Below are positions 25,732 through 38,038 of a DNA stretch of 64,000 nucleotides, in pieces. The notes beneath the pieces are model-generated. The model saw only the letters and a list, made by a program, of their open reading frames with translations, did no database searches and was not told the DNA's origin. This DNA is from Raillietiella orientalis. Lineage: Eukaryota. Each line of letters opens with the position of its first letter. Position 1 is the first letter of the stretch. A program made the position numbers and the translations under genes. Where the stretch lies: the NCBI GenBank assembly GCA_036172245.1, contig JAYWIR010000015.1:2666001-2730000 (forward strand), written 5' to 3'.

Positions 25732-26974
25732 ATGGTAAGCAGTAGGTGTTAGAATATTTATTTATAGGTGTATGTCGTTCTTGGAATATCTAACGGTCAG
25801 ATTGCAATTTTATTACTATAAAAAAGAGGTGTTGTTTTGAATAGTTTTTGAGATCATGAATACCTAGTTTTAATGAAATTTAGTGGTAAAATTTTGTTAA
25901 TTGTTTGGAATTGTGTAACTTTCATAGATGTGAAAACTTGGGTAGCTGGTTTGCTATGAGCATATTGAATGTGAGCGACGAATTTTTTCATTGTGTGTTG
26001 CAATTGCTTGTTCATATTTGGGATGCAAAATTGTGAAACGAATGAAAACTGAAGTTGATATTTCGATTTCATGTGACGATTTTTACGTCGTAAAGAGTAA
26101 TGTATTTTACAGAGCTTAAGTAACACACCTCTTATTATTAGTAATATTGTTTTTAGAATTGCTGTTGCAAAAAATAGTTTTGTTGAAAGGTCTTTGACTT
26201 GAAGTCATTTAACTTATAGAATCAATAATCTGTATAGAGTATCGTTGTATTTCACTTACAATTTGGATTGTTTCATTATAGATCATTTTTAATAATAGTA
26301 TGTTGATAACTTCACCTCGTTTAGCAAATACTCTGTTTTATGTGATTGAATGTGCTTACCAAATAACTGATTGGAGTTCAGGTTGTATGCATTGTAAACT
26401 TTATCCATAAATCTGCCTTTTTTACGTTACTTTTCGTTAAATTGTATCTACGTACGAAAGTTTGCATTTGATTAAAATTGCATTGAATTGTTATTCATTA
26501 ATGTGTGCATTAGGGGAAAGTTAGATGTCGTGATCTAAGAGGAAAAAAACGTGAAGAATTACAAAAACAGTTAGATGACCTGAAACAAGAATTAGCCAAT
26601 TTGCGCGTAGCAAAAGTAACTGGTGGTGCTGCTTCAAAGCTCTCAAAAATGTAAGCCCTTATTTCCAAATTATCAAGCTACCTTATAACATCTTCATTAG
26701 ACGCACTATTCGGAAGTCGATTGCACGAGTCTACATTGTTATTCACCAGACACAAAAAGAAAACTTGAGGAAGTTTTATAAAGGTAAAAAAAGACTCTTT
26801 GTTTAGTAAAGTCAATGTTTTATAGGTAAAAAATATAAGCCTCTGGATCTTCGATGGAAGAAAATACGAGCCATGAGGAGAGCTTTAACAAAACATGAAC
26901 AGTCGATTATTAGTTCCAAACAAAAGCATAAGCAGAAAGTTTGGCCAGTGCGTAAATATGCATTAAAGGCATAA
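25732..26974 (+). CDS. RPL35: 60S ribosomal protein L35 (uL29), 123 aa
   Basis: Exons: ATG 25732-25734 (followed by gtaagc), 26514-26650, 26701-26783, 26826-26974; total 372 nt. Translation: [100 protein letters not shown]...RKYALKA*. Missed by the ORF track because the exons are short. Confidence 0.95.
25811..26146. repeat. Imperfect ~25-bp inverted repeat inside RPL35 intron 1
   Basis: TATTACTA-n5-AAGAGGTGT(T)GTT at 25811-25836 pairs with AACACACCTCTT-n5-TAGTAATA at 26122-26146. Confidence 0.75.
26303..26370 (+). ncRNA. Possible intronic box C/D snoRNA (degenerate C box) in RPL35 intron 1
   Basis: CTGA at 26367-26370 is preceded by TGCTTACCAAA (26353-26363), complementary to the conserved LSU rRNA stretch UUUGGUAAGCA. 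C'-like GTGATTG at 26342-26348. The C box is only TTGATAA (26303-26309) and the terminal stem is weak. Confidence 0.25.
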
Positions 26975-29900
26975 TATATTTTATTGATTGTCTGCACCTT
27001 TCATTTGGGAAAGCACATCACTTCCTAGTTTGGAATATTGAGGGTGAAAGTAACTGAATAGAACATTTGTGAGGAGTAATTTTTCATCAACTTTAGTGTA
27101 TGCTTAATGGAGCAAAGCATGGAGCAGAATTTTAAAAAGTTCAACCGCAGTAATCATTTAAAGGATTTGTGTGTCAACCACTTTATTAAGTTCTATTTTG
27201 CCATTACAAAAAGCAATGTAGTAGACTTGCTTGATAGTTGCTTCAATCATAAGTGTCTAATCAAAATTGGGTGTGCCTAGCTCTTTGGTTTTTTGGATGA
27301 GAATCAGAATTGTTGGTTGACAGATTTTATGATCAAAATCTCTGGATGCATTATCATTTTTGAATGTACTTGTGCAAACCCTTTTTCAAAGAATTTGGTG
27401 ATAGACTCTATCATTATTTCATTGAACACTTCATTTGTTACCTTTTATGAATTTCTCTGTGGATGCTTGTAGTGGAGTTTTTGTTGGTGGTCAGTGATTA
27501 CACCAGATGTATAGCAAAGTGCTGTGTCTAGGATGACTTGATTTGTTTGCTGTTTTCCTGTTTTCAATTTGCATATAAAGGTTCATGGCATGTCAGTTGT
27601 TAAAGTACCTTTGTTTGGTGCTTTTGTAAAGATTGAAATTTTAAATTCAATCAAGTGTAGAAAAATTTTCCTCAGGAAAATTTCTGTGATGGCAATTGAG
27701 AAGTACTATGTAGTTTCATGAATGCTTTTGTGCTCATGTTAGAAAGCAGAAAATCAGAAGCTAGTTCACATGAGTAGGACTAGTTTAAGGAAGTTTTATT
27801 TGTATTTGCGTTTTGGGGTCATGATGACTCATTTCCTTGCCCATCGGCACATTGCAGCTCCTGCATCTACAGTGCTAGAATAGTTGTTTGAGGTATCCTG
27901 GTCAGGATGAACATTCTATCTGCACTAAGTAAATCTTGGCCCTTATATCAGAAATGGATGACTGTACTAAGGATTAAGCAGCATAATGCATTGTGAAAGA
28001 GATCACATGTGTCTTAATTATTGAAATCATTGCTTGATTCATGTAGTGCTTAGCATTCATGAATAAGCCTGCGTACACTAGGATGAGGTTGCGATTGCCC
28101 ATGTAGATGGTCATTAATTATTTATACCTGGCACTCTATCCCTCATTTCATGTTAAGGGCTCAAGGTGTCCTTGAAGACTAATTTTAATGCACTAATTGT
28201 TTTCGAGACTTTCTACGAATCACCAATGGGATTGGCATGAACACCAGAAGCAATAAATGTTTTTCATCGTATTGTTTTGGTGTTTTCGAAAATAGGCAAA
28301 CACCAATCACAAATGTGTTTACATTTTACGTGCCTTGTATTTTTGTATGTTTTTATTCCATTACTTTTGAAACGGAAGCATAAGGCCCATGTGTGTATAT
28401 TAGCTGTGGTGTTTTATAAACAGTTCGACTTCAGAGTATAGTGCGTTACTTCGGCCCAAATGATGTAAAACATAGTCGTCTATGAGAATCTCTCTACGTG
28501 GAATTGCTGATTTAATTGTGGACAAATGCTGCAGAAGGAATTGGAAAATGGGGCTGTCTCCCATTTCATGTGTTATGTGCTTTAATTTGGGCATCTTTCT
28601 GTTTTCTCTGTGTTGAGGGAGAATCGATATTTCAGACCTGAAAGGAAAATCCAAAAGTTTGCTTAAGAAAGGAAGAAAAAATATGCTTGGGGAGCCTTAT
28701 CCACCAATCATTTCTTCGTAATTTCATCACTTGATCCAAATCCTTCATCAGCTCTCACAACTTTCAGATTCAACTGCTTTTCGAGAGTGATGGGAAATGC
28801 AACCTGAAACGCGATATGCGGCGTCCCTTGGCAAGACACATGATACTACTATAGTAAAGAATTAAAGAGGTATTCGGAAATCAGATTATGAACTTTCCAG
28901 GGCATAGTACATTTGTAAACATGTATATAAACTCGCGACTTCGTAAATCACAAAAAAGGCACATCGTTTCTCCACATTATAATATAGTAATGCAAATAGA
29001 TCGTTTTTTGTACTACATGCTCCATTAATTAGCTAAGAATGCATAACCATTGAATTCTCAAGCAACAAATAATGGTGGTATTCATTTCGTACAATCTAGT
29101 TGACAACGCCCGTTCTGTTTATCATTAGCAACACAGCAAAACTGATTAATAAAGCAAAGCTTGCAAACTAAACGAGTGGAATGCAAGTATGGCAAATAAA
29201 GTGTGAAATGTGTTGCACTAATAATTTATGGTAAAATGAATTCTCTGAAAAAGGTCAAGATACAAAAGAAATAAGAAATTACGAGAAACAAACCTGAAGC
29301 GATGATTAAAAATTACACAAGACATACTCAGCTATTCGAAATTTCGGCGATGTTGCTGTCCCATTTTTTAATATGTAACCATCAGTGTTTAAATGCAAAA
29401 TTGCCTATTCTTACAGAAACAAAAAATTAATATTGATGGAAAAAAAGACGTCTGGATTAAATCGAAAGTACTGCGAATCCACTTTGCAAGCAAAAAATGG
29501 AGGTGTGCTGATCACAAAACTTTTCCATATCTCTTCATTGCGATTCGAATAATTCCATTAGAAGTGGTCAAATAGATAAACGAGAACTGCTGTTAAAACT
29601 GCACTTCAAGTTAATGCCAATATTGATGTGGTTGTTGAATTTCTTCCTGGACAACCTTCAGAAATTAGAAGAGTAGCATGGGAATTTTAGAATAGAAGAT
29701 AGTCCACCACCTTTTGCAATTTTGCCAAGATTTCTGAGCGTGATTCGATTCTCTTCAATTACTATCTGATTCAAAAAAAAAACATGATGAGTATGATGAT
29801 TTTATTGATATCTGTCGAAAAAGTGTAGAACATGCATCCGAGAACAGGAGTGCTGGAAAAAAACTGTAACAATTAAATGCTGTTGAGGAATAAAACTTAT

Positions 29901-30740
29901 TCACTAGCAACAACGCAAAAAGTCAAGGGATATCCCGGAATGAGCGTTTCACATAAAGACGGTGAGAGACTTTTCAAAAACCATTCACATTAGCAATGAT
30001 TCAATACAGTAACTGCTTATTAACGAAAAGTTAGGTTTTCATAGTGAGATTGATGCTAGTTTCATGGATTTCATTGGTCCTCTCTTTGGAGGATTTATGT
30101 ATTGAATTACAAGTAACATTTTTGGTAATGAAGGCGATCCTTTGTGGATAGACCATCTAGACCAGACACGGGGAACTTCCGCCCCGCAGAGTCGTTTAGT
30201 GCAGTCCGCAAGGTTAATTTTAAGTTGGGATTGAGTTCTTCAATATAATATGCTAATGTCTTGTCTTCTAGTGTATCTAAGATAGATAACGATAGATAAC
30301 GACCTTAGTGGTTTGACCGAAGAAATCAGATAACATTCATATAATGTGGAAAAACTCGAGTAAAAACTTTGCTACTTTCAATTTCAAATTTAATAAATTA
30401 ACATTCGTTGTGTTTAGAATTGTGACCTTCAGAACATTTCTTAAACGCATTGAAGCCCGTTATGCCTTCTTCCATTACGTGAAAATGGTCCTCTATGGCT
30501 GATCCAGGTAGACGAAGTAGCAAGTGGAAATGAAAATGGGGATCTGTTAATAAAAACATATCTTGAAAAATTGTCGAGTTCTTTTTACAAAGAGTTCAGA
30601 CTTTGTCAGCAGTCGTAGAAGACTTTAATAGACTTTATACTATTTCTAATGGTGTTCGATATTGTTTCATATTGTTTATTCACGAATGAGTTTTAATTCG
30701 AAGAGATATGCTTTATTTGCATATATAAACATAAAAACTC

Positions 30741-30790
30741 CATTAATCTCATGATAAATAGCCTATAGGATACCTATCATGAGATTAATG
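30741..30790. repeat. Perfect 16-bp hairpin/palindrome, intergenic
   Basis: CATTAATCTCATGATA (30741-30756), 18-nt loop, TATCATGAGATTAATG (30775-30790). Confidence 0.9.
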
Positions 30791-32455
30791 CTGAGCCTAT
30801 GGGTTGCCTATCAGTTTAAATGTGAGCTACAGATCACTAAATCCCAGAACAAAATTTTAGTGTTTTGACTGATTGCTAATTAAAGTGAGTTATTTTTCCT
30901 GTTCTTAGTTGTTGCAGTCTGTAATGAACGGCATTGTAAATTGGTAGAATCACAACTGCTAATTATTGATCTAGAAAGTAGATTAAGTATGGCAACTTTA
31001 CATAGGATCGAAGAAACTAAGTGTGAACGCAACAAATCATTTTACAATATTATAATACATTTTACTATAATCATAAAGTATTATAATTCGATTTATAGGA
31101 TTTGCAGCAAATCATTTTTCCAACTCCAAATACAGTTCCTTCGTCTTTCCATAGAAGTGAAGGATCAATGCAGCAGAAATCAAATTTAATTTACATTGGA
31201 GATATATGCTACAGAATTTGCGAAACGCATTAGTGATTTAAAGATTGCAAAAAGCTCTGCACCTGCTCTGTATCATTAAATCTTTCTTTTTTTAAAAATA
31301 TGCTACAATTATTGATAAATAATCGAAAGGAGCATGTAGGGATCTCTATGTATAGGATAGGGGAAAATTTTCATGGACACATTCTCCTTTTATAAGAGGG
31401 ACAAAATTATCATGCCTGAGAGGCATCGATACTTGGAGTCTTCAGCTCAAATCTGAGTTAGTTGCTGGTTAATCCATTTTAATCAATTTCAATGCCACTA
31501 TTTCAATTAGATCAATGATAATCGCATTTGCGTCCACTTCAAGTTTATTGCTTGGACTCACAGAATATCTAAGGCATGTTTTGTTCCTAGATCAGCAAAT
31601 AAACTTCCATGGACTTATAATTGCAGTCTTGCAAGCGGATGCATTTGTATTTACTTGTGTTCAGAGCACAATTTTATTGCATGTCGACTTAAATAGTTCA
31701 TGTTCTTCCATTATTAGGTGTACTGCTTCAGTTTACTTTGTCTTTATTGGTTTTCTCCACAATTCTTAATCAATATTCTATTTCCTAGACTGATATGGAG
31801 ATTACTATCATTTGAAAACAAAAAGATTTTGAATCAATCATACGGTATTTGGAATTTATATTTGAAATTCAAGACAGAAACAGATCACGTTCTTTTGATA
31901 ATTGATCTATTTGTGACTGATATCGTCTTTTTCGGGACACTTAGCTGATCTTCATTTGCTTTTCAATGTATTGGAAAAGAAATAATTCATGGCTTTGCAG
32001 GTTTTTATAGGAGTTAGGTTATTGCATTCGTGTTCTGATGAGTTCCCGGAATGAGTCTTTAATTTTAAATCGATCATGATCCACAGAAAAGTGGTTGGGA
32101 TGCATATGTGGGAACAGGATTAAAGTGAAAACTAACTATAGTGATTGCTTGATGCCTAGAAAACATTAGAACATTGATTAGTGAACGATTTATTTTTAAT
32201 TTCAGGATTCATTAGAAGATTAGTGTTAATGATAAGAGAGATATATGACCTCAATGTGCCGAAAAAGTGGTATAGTTTAGGTGAGGAATAGTTGTATGTC
32301 GAAAATCAGAGCATTATGGTAATCAAGAAGAACTGAATGAACACTTGGAAATGCGCTTTGCTTCGATCTTTGGATTATATCCACTTGAAGGGAAATGAGG
32401 TATCGAGATTAAATCTTGAAGGAGGTTTGACAAGAGAGCGACGAGACAAATGAGG

Positions 32456-34079
32456 GGCAGTCCGACTGGATCCGCCTGGGGATTCCGACCGCTTCGTCTT
32501 TCAGATACTTAGGCGTCCCGCTGGGGAACATCAGGCCAGTGGAAGCGTGGTCGGACTGCCTACGAGTGTTTTAAGCCTGTTCCACCTTGGCAGGTTCCTC
32601 TTGTCGGAGCGGGACACCGTATGGAACACCTTCGTTGCCCCCCCCTACGCCCCCTGCTTTTTGTTTGTCTACCCTCCTACTCCGCCAAGCTCCAGACGCA
32701 AAGCCTGTTGAGAAACCCTCTGTGGAGACTCACGAGGTCGAGGATCCACCTCAAAGACTTGGCGGCTCCACGTCGGGATGCCGGCTTGGGCATCCTGACG
32801 CTGCAGAGAATCGAGCTGCAGGTGCAACCTCGAATGTTGTCCCTGTGCGCCAACCTTTGGTCTACTCCGTGGTGTGCTCCTGCGGCGCTGCACCGGCAGC
32901 GATGGCCTTCTGTCGCTACGGCCGTATACGGAGCGCGCCACGAGAAGCTTCGGTTTCCCCATGAAACCTCTGTACCGGCTCCTGGTAGCCCACGCATGGA
33001 TCTCCTGCCGCCCAACGAACTTTGACGCCTGGCGTCAGGAATCGTTGCATGCCTAGGCAAAGCAACAGGATGTTTCGCTCTTGGAACTCCATTGCGCCAA
33101 CCTCTCCCCGTACTGCACGGTGGATGAGGTCTGGAACAGCCAGGAGAAGTGGACTCGCCTGGCCGTCACGTCCCTCGCCGAAGCGCTTTCAGCCCTCGGG
33201 GCAAGTGATGAGAGCTGCCTACCGGCGAGGTGGGAGGTCGCCTGCACCATCGCAGGAGCAACCCGACCCATAGGTGGCTGGAGGACTTGCGAGCTGGCAG
33301 ACTCCGCCACGCCTCGCAACATCCCGAAGGAACTCCTTAGGTGGAGCGAACATTTGAGTGTGCCCCCCGAAGAACTTGTGGTCCCTCCCTCCTGTTTGAA
33401 CACTTCTGTGTTCCCCTTTCTTGGAAGCAGGACGTCATCATGCTGGTGCATTGGGTTTTCACTCCAACCAGCGGACGAACCGTGTTTCCGGATGAGTTGT
33501 CTCCCCGAACTGTAACCGATGCGGGGAAGTGGAAACGCTGCCGCACCTGCTCCTGGACTGCGGTGCCCTCCAAGGACTGTGGCGGAGGCTAGCCTCAACT
33601 CTCCTGCACCAGGGGGACACCGCAACAGACTTGATGCGCCCCTTCTTCACGCCAGGCAGCCTGTCCTTAGGTGCTGTCATCGCAACGGTCTGTTGCACCC
33701 GCGCCATCGACAAGGCCCACCGAGAGCTGGAGAAGCTCGCGATTCGTCGTCAGGCCACCGGAATAGCCGGCGTGAACATGACGTCGGCTGCCGAGTGGGC
33801 CCATCTTCCAGAGGACGTCAGGAGCGAGATCACCGGCATCCATAGCCAGTTCTGAAAGAAAGGAACGGCCAAACCAAAGACCCCTGTCCCCTCCCCTCCC
33901 CATATATTTATTTCTATTTTTTCTATGTGTATTTGTGGTCCCCTCCTTCCCGTTCCGGACTTTAGGTTTACCGACCTGCGTGTCGGGGATCCCCCCCTTC
34001 GTTTCTTCTGTGTCCTTTGTCCGGGAACTGTGTTCCTGGATAGGTTAGGAATAAACGCCCCAGCGCACCCGGGTGACAA
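32456..34079 (+). mobile_element. 5'-truncated, frameshifted non-LTR retrotransposon (L1/Tx1-like ORF2 3' part)
   Basis: GC-rich island in AT-rich DNA. RT-thumb-type FRYLGVPL (32500-32523), LAAPRRDAGLGIL (~32760-32797, resembling LCxPKxxGGLG), CCHC knuckle CNRCGEVETLPHLLLDC (33511-33561), stop at 33855, AATAAA at 34050-34055. Flanked by the direct repeat ACAAATGAGG at 32446-32455 and 34080-34089. Confidence 0.85.
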
Positions 34080-36536
34080 ACAAATGAGGTGGATGCTTAA
34101 ACTGTAATAAAAACATAGGCAACTCCCATCTTTTCAAATTCTGATAGTAAGAAACGTTATAGTTCTTGAAAAGTTGCGACAGGTTTTCTGTTATAACTTT
34201 TAAAATTTCAAATATTCGATGGGCCTGATTTAGCTTAACAGATTGTCACTTCCAGTCATGAAATTCATCAAAAATAATAATTTTCCATTGCTTTCGTTTA
34301 TCTGAAAGGAACTGTTTTGAATATTTTTCGAAATATTAAAATGTGCGAATTATTATTACTGTTCATGCAAAATGGGCTGCATTGTATACTGTCCATTATA
34401 TGTGATTTTTACGTAAAATAAGTTGCCTTGAAAATCAAGATATGATTTCGCGGTACTTTTTTGTTTCTTTTGCAAATCATGATTTCCCCATCAACCCGTA
34501 AGTGTGCATGACTCAAATAAAATTTGTGCTTGTGGTGTAAGTGTGCCTCCTGAGACATACAATCCTGAGTCGGCTGAACTGTATATCTTCGCTTTCCTGG
34601 GAAGCATACTTTTTGTTGTGAATCCCAATGCAAGTTTGTTTTACCGTTCTGAATTTATGAACACGGAGAGTGAAACCAACAAGGTAAACAACTTTATAAT
34701 CAAAGTATTTAGTTTGAAATCCCTTTGCAAGTAGTTCCTTGGTTACGTGAATTTTAGGAACAGTTTTAACAATTATGAAGCTCGGATAGACTCAGCACCG
34801 CCGTTGACAAGTTATTTATGTAAACCTGTGTTTCTTTGTAAATGCATAAAGAGAAAATGGGTTTTCAGTATCATCATGTACTAGTACTAAATGAATATCG
34901 ACCCGGATTTCGATTCATTTAAGTTATTTTGCTTTATATTGTGGATATGCATTTCTTGAAATGTCTTTTGAGACCGAGTGCCATGTTAATGTGCTTCTTA
35001 CCCCTTTTTTTTTCTCTTTTACCGTAAAACCTGTATACGATGCGCTCCTTATCAGCATTGTAAATTGCTATTAATCATTTTCGAATTCTGCAAATACTCT
35101 AAACAGCTTGGTGCTGCACCTAATCAAGGTAAAATTGTACCGTTTTAGTGTTGCAGATAAAAAGTTCAAACAAGTGTACGTGTGGCAAAAAGGGTTTTAT
35201 GTCAGTGCACGCATATACAAGGCAAATGTAAGAATCAATGAATATCTTGGAGTGATTTTGCTTGCTGTTGGCTGCATGTAAATTTGGGAACTCGTACTTG
35301 GCAACACATTTGGAAAAAACAATTACTTAGTCATGGTTTATCTTGGAGTTTTCATGTGTGCCAACAATCAAGGGCAGGCAAAAGTTGATGTTTTTCTTGC
35401 ATAATTGCATGATGTGCATATTGTTGGGGACAATGGTTTTATGTTTCATGTTTTTTTTTTGTTTAACCATTTGTTTTAACACTTAAATAATTGTCATGGG
35501 ATACAGTGATATTTAAGTTTCTAGCGTCCTGTGTTTTTTAATGTCAGATTGACTTCTTTGTCAAATGTCATCCTGAAAGCGCGAACTATTTAATTTAATT
35601 TATTTTTTTTGTGAACTGTTTACTCTGAAGCAAATTGATGGTAAATTAAGAAAACTTGGATTGGTTTTAGTTTACTATTTTAATAAGTGTAATTTGATAA
35701 TTGAATGGCAATTGAATGATAATTTTGTGCATGCAAAAAATCTTTTGTAATAGTGTATGCTAGGAATTAATATTTTCCAGTGTTTTTTTCATTCCTTAAG
35801 ATCTGAGTCATAATATAATGCTGCAGAAAATCGCATTAAAATTTGGATGTTTTTATTATTCCATCCATCATGTTTGAGTTGAATTGATTAGCTGCTAGGG
35901 ATTTGTAAGGATATGTTGAATAGGATGAGATACTAAATGTAGGAGTTTGATGTTTTGTCGTAATTTGGATTCAATGAGTGCATAATTTCAATTAATGGTG
36001 CACTATAATCTCATCGAAAATTTGATAGCAACATATGTTTCAACTTATGTAATTTGGAAATAGATTCATGGAATCTTCTCAATTCACCAAATTGCTAAGC
36101 AATTTTAATTTTATGCTTTTGTATCTTTTAATCGATTTAATTTTGCATTGGATGTCCGAATTATCACAAACTGTGAGCATCAATATTGTTGTTTTTTGAA
36201 GTTTTAGGTTCTGTAATATGTGCATTATATTATTGATGTTTGAAGTTTAGATATGGTAAGGAAAACATTATTTAGTGATATTTTGTACTTATATAATGAC
36301 AGATGAAAATGGATTGGAGCTGCTGACAGCTCCAAAAATATCAATTTCTTCCTCCTCCTTCTTTTAAGAAGGATGAACAAGAAAAAAGAAACAGCGCGAA
36401 ACTTGAAAATTATGTTTCTGTTTTATAGTTGATATCTATTTCTGTTCAGCCTAGTATTATTAATATCATGTACCATGGCATATGTGCTTTTTATATTCTG
36501 TTGGAATTGATGTTCTGTCATGTATTTCTAGTAGTT

Positions 36537-38038
36537 ATGTCTGATGAAACTTCCTCAAGTAATGCTGCTGCTAAAGGGACTCTAGAAGATCAGTTTATTT
36601 GGGAAGAAGGCGAGGTGAATAACTAAAAGTTAAAGAATTTTACCATATTTAGACCTTAGGAAGGATGGGCTGAAGAAGTGGTGCGTATGCCTTTAGATGA
36701 AATTGTAGGAAGAACAAGACTATTGGATAATGAAATTAAGGTTTGCTATACATAATTTGAATGGAAACCAGTTAACTACTTCTAGATCATGCGAAGTGAA
36801 GTGATGCGTATCTCACATGAATTGGTAGCCCAACGAGATAAAATCAAGGAAAATACAGAAAAAATCAAAGTTAACAAGACACTTCCTTACTTGGTTTCTA
36901 ATATCATTGAGGTAATTAATTATTGATTTAGACATAGCAGGATACTTTGCAGTTGTTGGATGTGGATCCCCAAGGTTCTGAAGAGGAAGGTGCCTATGTG
37001 GATCTTGATTCTCAACGGAAAGGCAAATGTGCTGTCATTAAGACATCAACAAGGCAAACATATTTTCTTCCTGTGATTGGTATCATCGATACAGACAAAC
37101 TGAAGCCTGGTGATCTAGTTGGTGTTAACAAAGATTCTTATTTGGTTTTGGAGACACTCCCTCCAGAATATGATTCAAGAGTGAAAGCTATGGAAGTAGA
37201 TGAAAGACCTACTGAGGAGTATTCTGATATTGGTGGTTTAGACAAGCAAATTCAAGAATTGATTGAAGCAGTTGTGCTACCAATGACTCATCGAGAACGT
37301 TTCTTGACTTTGGGCATCCAGCCCCCCAAAGGAGTGCTCTTGTATGGACCACCTGGTACAGGAAAAACCTTGTTAGCACGTGCTTGTGCTGCCCAGACTA
37401 AATCTACATTCCTAAAATTGGCTGGACCCCAGTTGGTACAAATGTTTATTGGTGACGGAGCAAAATTAGTTAGAGATGCGTTTGCTCTGGCTAAGGAGAA
37501 AGCTCCAGCTATAATTTTTATTGATGAATTGGATGCCATTGGAACAAAGCGGTTTGATAGTGAAAAGGCTGGTGACCGAGAAGTGCAGCGCACCATGTTA
37601 GAACTACTGAATCAGCTGGATGGATTTACTTCTCATGCTGATATCAAAGTGATAGCAGCCACCAATCGTGTTGATATTTTAGATCCTGCTCTGCTAAGAT
37701 CAGGTCGTCTAGATCGCAAGATTGAATTTCCAACTCCAAATGAGGAAGCAAGAGCAAGAATTTTACAGATTCATTCTCGTAAAATGAATATTTCCTCTGA
37801 TGTGAATTTTGAAGAACTTGCCCGCTGTACAGATGATTTTAATGGTGCTCAGTGCAAAGCTGTATGTGTGGAGGCGGTTAGTAATTATCTTTCCCTTAGT
37901 ATTGAATGCTTTGCCTTCTTTTGTTAGGGTATGATAGCTCTACGTCAGGAAGCCACTGTAGTTAGTCATGAAGATTTTATGGATGCAGTATTGGAAGTGC
38001 AAGCAAAGAAGAAGATGCATTTAAATTATTATGCCTAA
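36537..38038 (+). CDS. PSMC3: 26S proteasome regulatory AAA-ATPase subunit 6A (Rpt5/TBP-1), 439 aa
   Basis: Exons 36537-36614, 36660-36740, 36786-36911, 36953-37876, 37928-38038 (introns 45, 45, 41, 51 nt). Walker A GPPGTGKT, Walker [47 protein letters not shown], and C-terminal HbYX-type tail NYYA. Confidence 0.97.

Noticed and set aside
28400..29790. Minus-strand acceptor-like sites and short ORFs
   Set aside because: Could not be joined into a coherent gene, and no recognisable protein.
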